Source: an uncultured Clostridia bacterium
Lineage (GTDB): Bacteria; Bacillota; Clostridia; Christensenellales; UBA1242
Length of the DNA stretch: 49,166 nt
NCBI GenBank assembly: GCA_944332395.1
Contig: CALVJV010000043.1
Span: forward strand, 1 to 49,166
Reading direction: 5' to 3'
Positions within the stretch are counted from its first letter, which is position 1, and every line of letters starts with the position of its first letter. Position numbers and translations under genes: made by a program. Of this stretch, positions 1-9,885 are shown one piece after another. The notes under the pieces are model-generated. The model was not told the DNA's origin, did not search any database, and saw only the letters and a program-made list of their open reading frames with translations.

Positions 1-340
1 GAAAATTTTTGCTTTTTAAGTGTATTTTTAACATTTTCTTGCTTATTTAATTTGTTTTCTTTCTTTTGTGTAGATTTAATCAAATCAAACACTTCAATCA
101 TATTTTCAATGGAAGTCAATCCTAAAAAATTTTTGGTGTTATCGAATTCTTTCAATTCTTCTTTATCTATAAGATTTGTGTTTACCTTTAAACTATGACT
201 AAATTGTTTGAAATAGTATATATTTCGAAAAGTTTTATCTTCACAAAGTAAAACTCTTAAATCATCAATAGCGTTTTGTAGTTGTCGAATATGCTTTGTT
301 TGGAGCAACCAAGTTTTTCAGCAATCTTATTAAATTTCAT
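1..340 (-). pseudogene. Probable frameshifted helix-turn-helix (sigma70 region 4-like) gene remnant, runs off window start
   Basis: ATG at 340 gives MKFNKIAEKLGCSKQSIFDNYKTLLMI* (stop 257-259). A second frame continues RQLQNAIDDLRVLLCEDK... open to base 1. The joined sequence resembles a region-4 HTH. Confidence 0.4.
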
Positions 341-434
341 ATTATCATTACCGCATTTAAAAAATTTTTTCTAATATAGGGCTCAAACTTTTTACAATAT
401 TAAAACATAAAATCAAATTATTATAGCAATAAAC

Positions 435-1151
435 TTACTTATGCTCGGAATATAAACTATCTAAATATTTTTTTATATTTGAATTTTCTCTCCTTATAAG
501 AAACTCAACTTCTTGAAGTATTTGATTGAAATAAAAAAATATATCCAAATGTTCATCACTTTCTTCAGAAAAAGCAACTCCATTATCAACCGAGGTCTTC
601 AAAATTTGTAAAACTTGATTTTGTTGAACGGGATCTTTGAAAGACTCTGGATCTATCCATTTTACTCTTTCTGGTCTTTGATAAAAAGCATTAAGAGATT
701 TTATTCCCAAAAGCCTAACTGAGTCGTCAACCAAAATTTGTCCTCTGCAATTAACAATAAAAGTGCATTTTTCCCCATTTCCCCAAGTAGATGAAACAAT
801 CACACCTCCACCAAATTTGGGTTGATTTTTTATAAATATTCTTTCAGCGGTTTGATATCCTTCACCAAACTCCTCTCCTGTTTTTTCTAAAAAATAAATA
901 AGGCCATCTTCTTTTTTTACGCATGCATACCCCAATTTAAAATCATCAAGCTTGCCATTAATTAATTGATAATTACCGCCAATTTTTTTTAATTTATCAT
1001 TTATATAAAAATAAGCACAAGGCTCCTCGCCTTCTACATAACACCAACGCATTCCTTCTCTAGCGTCGCCATTGTTTGTACAAAATCTTCTAACAAAAGT
1101 TTGTTTTGCTTTAACTTCAATATTTTCAATAAATTTATTAATCTTTCCCAT
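435..1151 (-). CDS. Hypothetical protein with a possible degenerate WG-type beta repeat
   Basis: Long ORF; ATG at 1151 follows GGGGGC. TTGACA-17-TAAACT promoter upstream. Segment DDFKLGYACVKKEDGLIYFLEKTGE resembles a WG repeat. Confidence 0.6.
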   Translation of the reverse strand: MGKINKFIENIEVKAKQTFVRRFCTNNGDAREGMRWCYVEGEEPCAYFYINDKLKKIGGNYQLINGKLDDFKLGYACVKKEDGLIYFLEKTGEEFGEGYQTAERIFIKNQPKFGGGVIVSSTWGNGEKCTFIVNCRGQILVDDSVRLLGIKSLNAFYQRPERVKWIDPESFKDPVQQNQVLQILKTSVDNGVAFSEESDEHLDIFFYFNQILQEVEFLIRRENSNIKKYLDSLYSEHK

Positions 1152-1214
1152 TTTCGCCCCCAACAAATTATTTATAGTTTAACATTGATAATAGATGGTG
1201 TCAATAGCGGAATT

Positions 1215-1859
1215 TTACAATTTCATTTTTTTCTTTGTTGACCTGAGCAAATTTACCTTGCTTTCATTCCCGGTAAATAATCTTTGAATATTTGAACGAT
1301 GAGCGAACCAAGTCAAAACGAATATACAAAACAGCAATATACATATGATTTTTGCATCTGCATTTGGTAAAGTTTTTTTAACTCTTAATCCTTGTGTTAC
1401 AGTTAAAGCCGTTACACACCAAAAACTAGAAACCGATCCGTATTCAAAAGACAACCAACAAAAAAAGCCAACCAAACACACCAATGCAGTTGTAATTGGC
1501 GCCACCGCAAAAAACATACCTATCATTGTCGCTATACCCTTTCCACCTTTAAACAAAAAGATAATTGGAAATATATGTCCAACAATCGCTGAAAATCCCG
1601 CAACATAAAGCATTACATAATCATGCCCAAAAATATAAAAAACCGCAATAGCAGGAATAAAACCCTTTAATATATCAAAAATAAATGTAATAAATCCAAG
1701 TTTAAAGCCCATATTTCTCAAGACATTTGTACTTCCAGGGTTTCCACTACCTAACTTTGTAATGTCTTTTTTTTGAGTATTTGAAACAATTCTACCCCAC
1801 GAGATATTCCCTAGAAAATATGAACAAACAACAACTAAAACAATTTGCCACCAAATCAT
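1215..1859 (-). CDS. plsY: Glycerol-3-phosphate acyltransferase PlsY
   Basis: GSGNPGSTN, GHIFPI..FKGGKGIAT and HRSNIQRL motifs; downstream of der. Confidence 0.95.
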   Translation of the reverse strand: MIWWQIVLVVVCSYFLGNISWGRIVSNTQKKDITKLGSGNPGSTNVLRNMGFKLGFITFIFDILKGFIPAIAVFYIFGHDYVMLYVAGFSAIVGHIFPIIFLFKGGKGIATMIGMFFAVAPITTALVCLVGFFCWLSFEYGSVSSFWCVTALTVTQGLRVKKTLPNADAKIICILLFCIFVLTWFAHRSNIQRLFTGNESKVNLLRSTKKKMKL

Positions 1860-3187
1860 ATATTGTCCTCCTCTCCCCTGCTCTTTGTAGTAATCCTTAT
1901 GGGAGTACCAGAAAAATCAACTGAATTTCTAATACAATTTTCTATATGACGTCTATACGAATCAGTCATTAAATCGGTATCATTAACAAATAAAACAAAA
2001 GTTGGGGGTTCTATTCCCGTTTGTGTAATATACCTAATTTTTAACCTTTTTCCATTCTTTTGTGGTGCAGGAGTCGTTGCAAGTGCATTTTGAACAATTT
2101 CATTTAATACCCCGGTAGTTACACGCTTGGTATTGTTTAATCTAACTTTTTCAATAGCTTTCATCAATTTATCAATATTTTTACCCGAAATAGCTGATAA
2201 AAAAACAGGTTCAAAATATGACATAAATGCTAAATCGGAGTATAACTTTTGCTTTATTTTATTTTGCGTATAACTATCTTTCTCTACTAAATCCCATTTA
2301 TTCAAAACAATAATAGATGGCTTTTGTTGTTCATGAACCAAACCAGCAATTTTAACATCTTGTTCGGTAATATCTTGACTGACATCAAAAACCACTAGAA
2401 CAATATCAGCATTTTTTATACTCTCCAATGTTCTAAACACACTATACCTTTCAATTGTTCCATCTTCTATGCTTCTTTTCCTTCTTAATCCAGCGGTATC
2501 TATCAATAAATATTCAACACCCTTATATAAAAAAGGCACCTCTATTGCGTCTCTGGTGGTTCCAGCCACAGGACTGACTATCACTCTATTTTTTCCAACC
2601 AATTTATTTGTTAATGAACTTTTACCCACATTCGGTTTACCAACTATAGCTATTTTAAGCCCAGATTTTTTTTGTTCATCACTCTTATTATTTTCAGGTA
2701 ATAACAAAACTATTTTATCCAATAAATCTCCCAAACCTCGTTTTTGTTCCGAAGATATAGGTATGGGCTCTCCAAGCCCTAAGTTATAAAAATCATAAAT
2801 TTTTTCGACATCAAAATTGTCTAATTTATTAACAACTAAGATCACCGGTTTTTTACTTTTTCTTAAAATTTCTGAAACATCGTAATCATTTGCAACCAAA
2901 CCATCTTTTGCATCAACAAAAAATAAAATAACATCAGCAATATCTATAGCAATTTGTGCTTGAATAAATATGTGTTTTTTCATTTCGTCAGTAGATTTTA
3001 AATCTATCCCACCAGTATCCACCAAAGAAAACTCAATGCCGGCCCATTCTGCATCTCCATAAACCCTATCTCTAGTAACGCCAGGTTCATCTTGAACTAT
3101 AGAAATGCGCTTTCCGATAATCCTATTAAAAAAAGTCGATTTCCCAACATTTGGTCTTCCAACAATTGCTACAATTGGTTTATACAT
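1856..3187 (-). CDS. der: Ribosome biogenesis double GTPase Der/EngA
   Basis: Two G domains (GRPNVGKS/DTGG/NKLD and GKPNVGKS/DTAG/NKWD) plus KH-like C-terminus. Confidence 0.98.
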   Translation of the reverse strand: MYKPIVAIVGRPNVGKSTFFNRIIGKRISIVQDEPGVTRDRVYGDAEWAGIEFSLVDTGGIDLKSTDEMKKHIFIQAQIAIDIADVILFFVDAKDGLVANDYDVSEILRKSKKPVILVVNKLDNFDVEKIYDFYNLGLGEPIPISSEQKRGLGDLLDKIVLLLPENNKSDEQKKSGLKIAIVGKPNVGKSSLTNKLVGKNRVIVSPVAGTTRDAIEVPFLYKGVEYLLIDTAGLRRKRSIEDGTIERYSVFRTLESIKNADIVLVVFDVSQDITEQDVKIAGLVHEQQKPSIIVLNKWDLVEKDSYTQNKIKQKLYSDLAFMSYFEPVFLSAISGKNIDKLMKAIEKVRLNNTKRVTTGVLNEIVQNALATTPAPQKNGKRLKIRYITQTGIEPPTFVLFVNDTDLMTDSYRRHIENCIRNSVDFSGTPIRITTKSRGEEDNI

Positions 3188-3198
3188 CTTCCACCTTT

Positions 3199-4485
3199 TT
3201 ATTTTTTATTTACCATTTGATATAAAAGTTCTGCCCCATTATTTTCAATTGGCACCACTTTAACACCCAAGGCATTTTGTACTTCCTCTAATGTTGTGTC
3301 GTCAAGAAAGACATCAGAACCTTCTCTCAACATAGATTTTGAAATTAATAATTTTTTACCTAAATCTTTATTTGCCAACTGATCAATCAAATCACGACCA
3401 ACAATCAAACCACTTACGGTAATATTTGTGCCAAAAAATTTATTTTCAATTTCATACAAATTAACACTAACATTTTTACAAATATGTTGCAAGCGTTCAA
3501 TCAAACTTTTCATCATACCATACGCGCTCTTTCCAGTCGCAATTGAAACTTTTTCATTTCCAACTCTTTGATCTAACTCAGATAAAGCGACATCAAATTC
3601 ATGAACAAATTTAGCAATTAACCCAACACCATTCTCTATTTGATAAAAATTTTCATAGGTATCAAATGGCGGAATTTCTCTTTTTGCAATAATATATAAT
3701 TCATCTGCTGCAAAAATTTTTCTTTCACCGAACCATTTTTGACACAACTTTTGCAATTCCTCAACAACTTCAATAGTTTTATTTGCAACTATATTATCAA
3801 CCGGACGCAATTTGGGTAATCCCTGTCTATATTGTGTCAAGCCAACTGGAACAACAGCAATACTTTTAACATATGGTGCTATTGCAATCAATGTTTTTTT
3901 AAGTTCAACACCATCATTAAAGCCAGGGACCAAAACAATTTGTGCATGTATTTCAATGCTTTTTGATAATTTTTTTATGGTTTTTAAAATATTCAATTTA
4001 GAATGATTATTCAATAAACTATTTCTAATTCTTTTTGTAATGGCATGAACAGAAATATATAATGGACTTAACTTTAAAGAAATTATGCGTTTTATATCCT
4101 GATTAGAGCAATTTGTTAATGTTACATAATTGCCTTCAGAAAACGACAACCTATAATCATCATCTTTAATATACAATGATTTTCGCATTCCTTTTGGCAA
4201 TTGATTAACAAAGCAAAAAACACAATTATTGTGACATTCTTTTATTTCAAAATTATCATAAAACTCCAACCCAAATCCTTCTAATGGATCTTTTTTAAAA
4301 ACCAGTACTTGATGTTCATTATTATTATTAATAATCTCTAATTTAATTTTGGATTTTGTTTCTTCAGCGAGAAAATCAATAATGTCATTCATTTTTTTAT
4401 TATTGATTTTTTCTATAATATCATTTTTTTTCAAACCAAGTTCTTGTGCCAATGAACCATTTTCAATTTCTTTTATTTTTAGCAT
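3199..4485 (-). CDS. PDZ + radical-SAM-like DUF512 family Fe-S protein
   Basis: CHNNCVFC motif, KDDDYRLSF, QIENGVG, FLDD; usual neighbour of der in Clostridia. Confidence 0.9.
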   Translation of the reverse strand: MLKIKEIENGSLAQELGLKKNDIIEKINNKKMNDIIDFLAEETKSKIKLEIINNNNEHQVLVFKKDPLEGFGLEFYDNFEIKECHNNCVFCFVNQLPKGMRKSLYIKDDDYRLSFSEGNYVTLTNCSNQDIKRIISLKLSPLYISVHAITKRIRNSLLNNHSKLNILKTIKKLSKSIEIHAQIVLVPGFNDGVELKKTLIAIAPYVKSIAVVPVGLTQYRQGLPKLRPVDNIVANKTIEVVEELQKLCQKWFGERKIFAADELYIIAKREIPPFDTYENFYQIENGVGLIAKFVHEFDVALSELDQRVGNEKVSIATGKSAYGMMKSLIERLQHICKNVSVNLYEIENKFFGTNITVSGLIVGRDLIDQLANKDLGKKLLISKSMLREGSDVFLDDTTLEEVQNALGVKVVPIENNGAELLYQMVNKK

Positions 4486-4564
4486 ATAATGAATTATAGC
4501 TCAAATTTAAATTAAAGTAAAGTCAATTTCAAATCTCGACATATTATGTCACAAATAAACAATA

Positions 4565-6358
4565 TTATTCCTGTTCAAATTGTGAGTTATATAATGAAGC
4601 ATAAACACCATTTTGTGCCAATAATTCCAAATGACTTCCCTGTTCAACAACATCTCCATTTTGCAAAACCAGAATAACATCAGCATTCTTGATTGTTGAA
4701 AGCCTATGCGCAATAACAAAACTTGTTCTATTGGCTGTTAATTTATCCATAGCTTTTTGAATGATTATTTCAGTTCTAGTATCAACAGAACTGGTTGCCT
4801 CGTCTAAAATTAGCATTGGTGCATTTTTAACCATAGCCCTAGCTATCGTTAAAAGTTGCCTTTGTCCTTGTGAAATATTTGTATTTTCATCCAACATAGT
4901 ATCATATCCGTCTGGTAAAGTTTGAATAAAGTGATGTAACCCAACCAACTTTGAAGCTTTAATCACCGCCTTCCTTGACACATTTGTTTTACTATAAACA
5001 ATATTATCATAAATCGACCCTTCAAATGTCCAACTATCTTGCAATACCATGGCAAACATATCATGAACTTGTTCTCTTTTTAATTTAGAAATATCCATTC
5101 CGTCCACAAAAATGCTACCACTCCATGGCTCATAAAAACGCATTAAAAGATTAACTAATGTGGTTTTCCCTGCCCCAGTAGGTCCAACGATCGCGACTTT
5201 TTGTCCAGCTTTTATATCACATGAAAAATTATGAATTATTTCCCGATCTTTATCATAGCCAAATTTAACATTTTTAAATAAAACATTTCCAACAACTTTT
5301 TTTATTGCTTCATTTTTATGTTCCTCGTTTTCCATCTCCTCTTGATTAAGAAAATCAAAAACTCTTTCACTTGCCGCAGCCGTTTGTTGCAAAGAAGTGG
5401 TGGCTTGTGCAATTTGTGCTAATGGCTGTGTAAATAATCGAATATAAACAATAAAAGCAACAACCACACCAAAACTAGTAATTCCCTTAATTGTTAAAAC
5501 AGATCCAACAACACAAACAACAACATATCCAAAATTCCCCACAAATTGCATAATTGGTTGCATCAACCCAGAAAAGAATTGGGATTTCCAGGCGCTATTA
5601 AATAAATCATTATTAATTTTATTAAATTTATCAATAGAATTATTTTCTGCATTATAAGCCTTAACTACATTATGCCCTGAATAAATTTCTTCAACATGTC
5701 CATTTAATTGCCCAAGTCCAATTTGCTGTTTTAAAAAATACTTTTGGGAATGTTTTATTATAAAAATTACAATAACAATACCAACAAAAGTAGTGATTAT
5801 TGCAGAAAATGCCATAATATAATTAGTTATAAACATCATAACTAAAGCCCCAAAAAACTGGGTCAAACTGCTTACCATTTGTGTTGTACTTTGAGATAAA
5901 GATTGACCAATCAAATCAACATCATTTGTAACGCGGCTTAAAATATCACCATATGTAGTCTTATCCATATAAGATAATGGCAATCTATTAATTTTTGAAG
6001 CGATTTCAGATCTAAATCTTTTTGATAACTTTTGATTTATAGTATTTGTAATGAATCCTTGTAAATAAGAAAGCACTGTTGAAAAACAATAAATAGCAAC
6101 CAAAAAGAAACATATAGACTCAATTTTACCCATATTGAATGGCTCAAATCCATTTTTAAAACTTTCAGTAATAATATCCGAAATCTGTGACAATTTTTGT
6201 GGCCCAATAATAACCAAAACCGAACCGGCTATAGCAAAGAATAACGCTATTAAAAATGGCCATAAATATGGCTTTGCAAACTTATATAAATTCATCCATG
6301 CTTTCTTAAAATTTTTAGCCTTTCGCATGTCACTTTTAACATTCATTGGACCGGGCAT
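4565..6358 (-). CDS. Heterodimeric ABC exporter subunit (permease + ATPase, canonical Walker B/H-loop)
   Basis: N-terminal TM domain, GPTGAGKT, ISQGQ, LDEATS, IAHR. Confidence 0.92.
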   Translation of the reverse strand: MPGPMNVKSDMRKAKNFKKAWMNLYKFAKPYLWPFLIALFFAIAGSVLVIIGPQKLSQISDIITESFKNGFEPFNMGKIESICFFLVAIYCFSTVLSYLQGFITNTINQKLSKRFRSEIASKINRLPLSYMDKTTYGDILSRVTNDVDLIGQSLSQSTTQMVSSLTQFFGALVMMFITNYIMAFSAIITTFVGIVIVIFIIKHSQKYFLKQQIGLGQLNGHVEEIYSGHNVVKAYNAENNSIDKFNKINNDLFNSAWKSQFFSGLMQPIMQFVGNFGYVVVCVVGSVLTIKGITSFGVVVAFIVYIRLFTQPLAQIAQATTSLQQTAAASERVFDFLNQEEMENEEHKNEAIKKVVGNVLFKNVKFGYDKDREIIHNFSCDIKAGQKVAIVGPTGAGKTTLVNLLMRFYEPWSGSIFVDGMDISKLKREQVHDMFAMVLQDSWTFEGSIYDNIVYSKTNVSRKAVIKASKLVGLHHFIQTLPDGYDTMLDENTNISQGQRQLLTIARAMVKNAPMLILDEATSSVDTRTEIIIQKAMDKLTANRTSFVIAHRLSTIKNADVILVLQNGDVVEQGSHLELLAQNGVYASLYNSQFEQE

Positions 6359-8103
6359 TATTCAAGCTCCTCCTTTGAAAACTGACTTAAAGCAATTTCT
6401 TTGTATACCTTGCAATTTTTCATCAACTGCTGATGAGTCCCTTGTCCCACCAACTTTCCGTCTTCTAAAACAATAATTTTATCTGCATCTTTAATTGTTC
6501 CTATCCTTTGAGCAACAACCAATGTTGTTGGCTTATTCTCCATTGCCTGCAATCTTGAACGAAGATTTTTATCAGTTTTGTAATCTAATGCAGAAAAGGA
6601 ATCATCAAAAATTAAAAACTCTGGCTTTCGAGCCAAAGCACGAGCAATAGCTACTCTTTGTTTCTGTCCGCCTGAAATATTCTTTCCAGCCTGCACAATT
6701 TGTGAATTAAGTTTGTTTTCCATTTTATTAACAAATTCAGAAGCTTGGGCAATATCAAGAACGCCATTCAACTCATTAGTATTCAAATCGTTATCTCCAA
6801 AATTGACATTGCTTTGAACAGTTCCCGAAAATAAAACGGCTTTTTGTGGAACATATCCAATTTTTTTACTTAATGCCTCTTTTTTATATTCTTTTATATT
6901 AATTCCATCTATTAAAATCTCACCATCAGTAGCATCATAAAATCTTGGAACTAAATTAATTAATGTACTTTTTCCGCTTCCGGTAGACCCAATAAAGGCA
7001 ATCATCTCGCCTTTTTTTGCAGAAAAAGAAATATCTTTAAGCACATATTCTTTTGCATCAGGATATTTAAAAGAAACATTTTTAAACTGAATAGATCCTC
7101 TTGTTTGTGTATTTCCATCAAAATCTCCATACTTTATAGAGCATGGTTTCATAAGAACTTCATTTATACGCCTAGCAGAGACCGTAGCACGAGGAACTAA
7201 CATAAAGATAATAGTCAACATCATAAAAGCCATAACAACTTGGACAGAATATGACATAAAAACAACCATATCACTAAATAATGGTAATTTATCTATTATA
7301 TCTGCAGACTGAATTAATGCTGCACCAATCCAATAAATTGACAAGGAAAGTCCACTCATAATTAAAGTCATCATTGGGCCCATAATTGACATTGCTCTAA
7401 AAATAAATAGATTGTTTTTATACATTTTTTCATTGGCAACATCAAATTTTTGTTCAGAAAACTTTTCAGCATTATAGGCTCTAACGACTCTCAATCCTAT
7501 CAAATTTTCACGAGTAATTCTATTTAAACTATCAGTCAAATTCTGAATTTTTTGAAATTTTGGCACCACCAAAAACATTAAAAAGCCTATTACAAGCAAC
7601 ATAACAACAACCGCCACCGCGGTTGCCATTGACCATTGCCAAGACTTATTTACAATTTTCACGATTGCCCAGGTTGCCAAAATTGGAGCTTTAATAATAA
7701 CTTGCAAACCCATGCTTATGGTATTTTGAATTTGCATAACATCATTAGTAGAACGAGTTACCAAGCTCGCCGTCGAGAATTGTTTAATTTCGGACAACGA
7801 AAAAGACTCAACTTTTAAAAAAATTAATTGCCTAAGCCTTAGGGCAAACAGCGAAGCAATCCTTGCAGCAAAAAATCCAACGATAATTGAAGCACAAATG
7901 CTACCAAAAGCACAAGCAAGCATATATCCACCCTGCTCTAAGATTTTAGTAATCGAGCTGCCTTCTGTTTGGACTAAAGTTGTCATTTTTGACATAAAAT
8001 CCGGCAATAATAAGTCCAGCCACACATGCAGAATTATAAAACCAATAGAAACAATTATCATTAACCATTCGTTTAATTTAAGATACTTAAATAATTTTAA
8101 CAT
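6358..8103 (-). CDS. Heterodimeric ABC exporter subunit (permease + ATPase, degenerate Walker B/H-loop)
   Basis: GSTGSGKS, ISGGQ, FDDSFS and VAQR, typical of EfrA/TM287-type subunits; stop overlaps partner start. Confidence 0.92.
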   Translation of the reverse strand: MLKLFKYLKLNEWLMIIVSIGFIILHVWLDLLLPDFMSKMTTLVQTEGSSITKILEQGGYMLACAFGSICASIIVGFFAARIASLFALRLRQLIFLKVESFSLSEIKQFSTASLVTRSTNDVMQIQNTISMGLQVIIKAPILATWAIVKIVNKSWQWSMATAVAVVVMLLVIGFLMFLVVPKFQKIQNLTDSLNRITRENLIGLRVVRAYNAEKFSEQKFDVANEKMYKNNLFIFRAMSIMGPMMTLIMSGLSLSIYWIGAALIQSADIIDKLPLFSDMVVFMSYSVQVVMAFMMLTIIFMLVPRATVSARRINEVLMKPCSIKYGDFDGNTQTRGSIQFKNVSFKYPDAKEYVLKDISFSAKKGEMIAFIGSTGSGKSTLINLVPRFYDATDGEILIDGINIKEYKKEALSKKIGYVPQKAVLFSGTVQSNVNFGDNDLNTNELNGVLDIAQASEFVNKMENKLNSQIVQAGKNISGGQKQRVAIARALARKPEFLIFDDSFSALDYKTDKNLRSRLQAMENKPTTLVVAQRIGTIKDADKIIVLEDGKLVGQGTHQQLMKNCKVYKEIALSQFSKEELE

Positions 8104-8185
8104 AATACCTCTTATTATATTTACAATTTGATTAAGATATCACTAGCGAAAAAAAAGTCAACAAATAAAAAGCTTTTGTAAAAAA

Positions 8186-8262
8186 TGGTCGAGGTGGCGG
8201 GATTCGAACCCACGACTTCTTGGTCCCGAACCAAGCGCGCTACCAAACTGCGCTACACCTCG
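8186..8262 (-). tRNA. tRNA-Pro(CGG)
   Basis: Cloverleaf; anticodon arm CTTGG-TTCGGGA-CCAAG; encoded CCA. Confidence 0.95.
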
Positions 8263-8312
8263 AAATTAAAACAATTTTACAACAAATAAGAAAAAAATCA
8301 AATCAAAATAAC

Positions 8313-8825
8313 TTAATCCATAAATATAGGTATATTGTTAGGTGCTAAAAATGTAATAATATTGAATGCGACTATAAATAAAAGCAAAAGAACAATAGAC
8401 ACTATAAATAGCCATTTTTTAAATTTAATTTTATCAAAAAATGCAATTACAAAAATATTTGAAACAACCAACGAAAAAAATTCTATTGCTATATCTACCC
8501 ATAAATTATTACCAACGCCAAATCCCCCATGTATTAAATAAAAAAGCGAACTTACTAAATAACATGCCAATATTGCTCCAAGTATTGAGAAAATAAAAAT
8601 ATTTTTTTTGTTGTCAATAAACAACCAAATTGAAATAAGCCACATAAAAATAAACGGATAAAAAACAATTTTTAAATGTTCCCATACACTTTCATTTACG
8701 GGCGAAAACAAAGCAAAAAAAGGATTAGGCACCCACGCATATAAAAAATGCAAAAAAGAACTAACGGCTAACATAAAAACAGGTAAAATCCAAATGTATA
8801 TCTTTCTATATAGATTTTTATTCAC
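8313..8825 (-). CDS. DUF6512-like membrane protein
   Basis: HFLYAW...PVNESVWEHLK motif and about 5 TM segments. GTG at 8825 chosen because the longer ORF-track start lies inside tRNA-Leu. Confidence 0.7.
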   Translation of the reverse strand: MNKNLYRKIYIWILPVFMLAVSSFLHFLYAWVPNPFFALFSPVNESVWEHLKIVFYPFIFMWLISIWLFIDNKKNIFIFSILGAILACYLVSSLFYLIHGGFGVGNNLWVDIAIEFFSLVVSNIFVIAFFDKIKFKKWLFIVSIVLLLLFIVAFNIITFLAPNNIPIFMD

Positions 8826-8961
8826 AATATTAATATATGATATTAAAGAAATAATATTTAAATCAATGCTATCATTCTTTTTCCAATTTATTTTTAAAAA
8901 ATCTTTTACTTTTGGTGGGTTATTATGAAAATTAAAAAAACAATAAAAATATTTTAAAACA

Positions 8962-8996
8962 AAAAGAGAAGAGATCATTACTTCTCTTCTTCTTAC
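8962..8996 (-). terminator. Intrinsic terminator after tRNA-Leu(TAG)
   Basis: GAAGAGA...TCTCTTC hairpin followed by a T-rich run on the minus strand. Confidence 0.6.
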
Positions 8997-9000
8997 ACTT

Positions 9001-9083
9001 TGGTGCGGGCGAAGGGACTTGAACCCCCACGATTGCTCACTAGATCCTAAGTCTAGCGCGTCTGCCAATTCCGCCACGCCCGC
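9001..9083 (-). tRNA. tRNA-Leu(TAG)
   Basis: CTAGA-CTTAGGA-TCTAG anticodon arm, long variable arm, CCA. Confidence 0.95.
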
Positions 9084-9129
9084 AATTTTCTTTTAGAATA
9101 TAAACCCCAACAACAGTCGGGGTTATAAT

Positions 9130-9205
9130 TGGTGATCCATCCGCGATTCGAACGCGGGACAACTTGATTAAAAGTCAAGTGCTCTACCTACTGAGCTAAT
9201 GGATC
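9130..9205 (-). tRNA. tRNA-Lys(TTT)
   Basis: CTTGA-CTTTTAA-TCAAG anticodon arm, CCA. Confidence 0.95.
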
Positions 9206-9272
9206 GACGATAGTCATGATAACATATATAATTTTTAATTGCAAGCCATTTTGTTAAATTTATAAAACAAAT

Positions 9273-9347
9273 TGGCTGGGGTGGAAGGATTTGAACCCTC
9301 GAATGTTGGAGCCAGAATCCAATGCCTTACCACTTGGCGACACCCCA
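9273..9347 (-). tRNA. tRNA-Gln(CTG)
   Basis: TTGGA-TTCTGGC-TCCAA anticodon arm, U1-A72, CCA. Confidence 0.93.
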
Positions 9348-9363
9348 CCATCACACAACAAAC

Positions 9364-9440
9364 TGGGGTGAAGAGTGGGGCTCGAACCCACGACCTCCAG
9401 GGCCACAACCTGGCGCTCTGCCAACTGAGCTATATCCACC
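9364..9440 (-). tRNA. tRNA-His(GTG)
   Basis: CCAGG-TTGTGGC-CCTGG arm, encoded G-1, C73, CCA. Confidence 0.93.
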
Positions 9441-9444
9441 ATTT

Positions 9445-9521
9445 TGGTGTGCCAAAAGGGATTCGAACCCCTGACCCTCGCCTTAGAAGGGCGATGCTCT
9501 GTCCAGCTGAGCTATTGGCAC
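9445..9521 (-). tRNA. tRNA-Arg(TCT)
   Basis: TCGCC-CTTCTAA-GGCGA arm, CCA. Confidence 0.95.
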
Positions 9522-9530
9522 ATAAACCAC

Positions 9531-9605
9531 TGGCTGGGGTGGCTGGATTTGAACCAACGAATGCGAGAGTCAAAGTCTCGTGCCTTACCACTTGGCGACA
9601 CCCCA
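9531..9605 (-). tRNA. tRNA-Gln(TTG)
   Basis: CGAGA-CTTTGAC-TCTCG arm, CCA. Confidence 0.95.
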
Positions 9606-9615
9606 ATAAAAATAT

Positions 9616-9638
9616 CCCGCCCGCATTAGCGAACGGGC
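9616..9638 (-). terminator. GC-rich hairpin between tRNA-Gly and tRNA-Gln (terminator or processing stem)
   Basis: Minus strand GCCCGTTCGCTAATGCGGGCGGG followed by ATATTTT. Confidence 0.45.
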
Positions 9639-9640
9639 TT

Positions 9641-9714
<74 letters not shown>

Positions 9715-9805
9715 ATCAACGCGACATTTGTGATATTATCATATAAATATCATATTGTCAAATATTTTTTAAAAAATCAAAAATATATTTATAAAAAATC
9801 AAAGC

Positions 9806-9881
9806 TGGTGGGCAATACAGGACTCGAACCTGTGACTTTCGCCATGTGACGGCGACACTCTCCCAGCTGAGTTAATTGCCC
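9806..9881 (-). tRNA. tRNA-Val(CAC)
   Basis: TCGCC-GTCACAT-GGCGA arm, A73, CCA. Confidence 0.92.
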
Positions 9882-9885
9882 AACA

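Noticed and set aside
3199-4485. DUF512 radical-SAM-like protein as maturase of the Cys peptide
   Set aside because: No SPASM domain, 44 kb away, and a routine der neighbour.
4538-4550. Short palindrome GACATA-T-TATGTC (Spo0A-box-like halves)
   Set aside because: Only 6-bp arms; cannot be separated from chance or a weak terminator.
8826-9077. N-terminal extension of the 254-aa ORF
   Set aside because: It reads through tRNA-Leu and its terminator; the likely true start is GTG 8825.
9364-9440. U-C mismatch in the tRNA-His acceptor stem
   Set aside because: Single mismatch with G-1/C73 identity elements intact; not enough to call a pseudo-tRNA.
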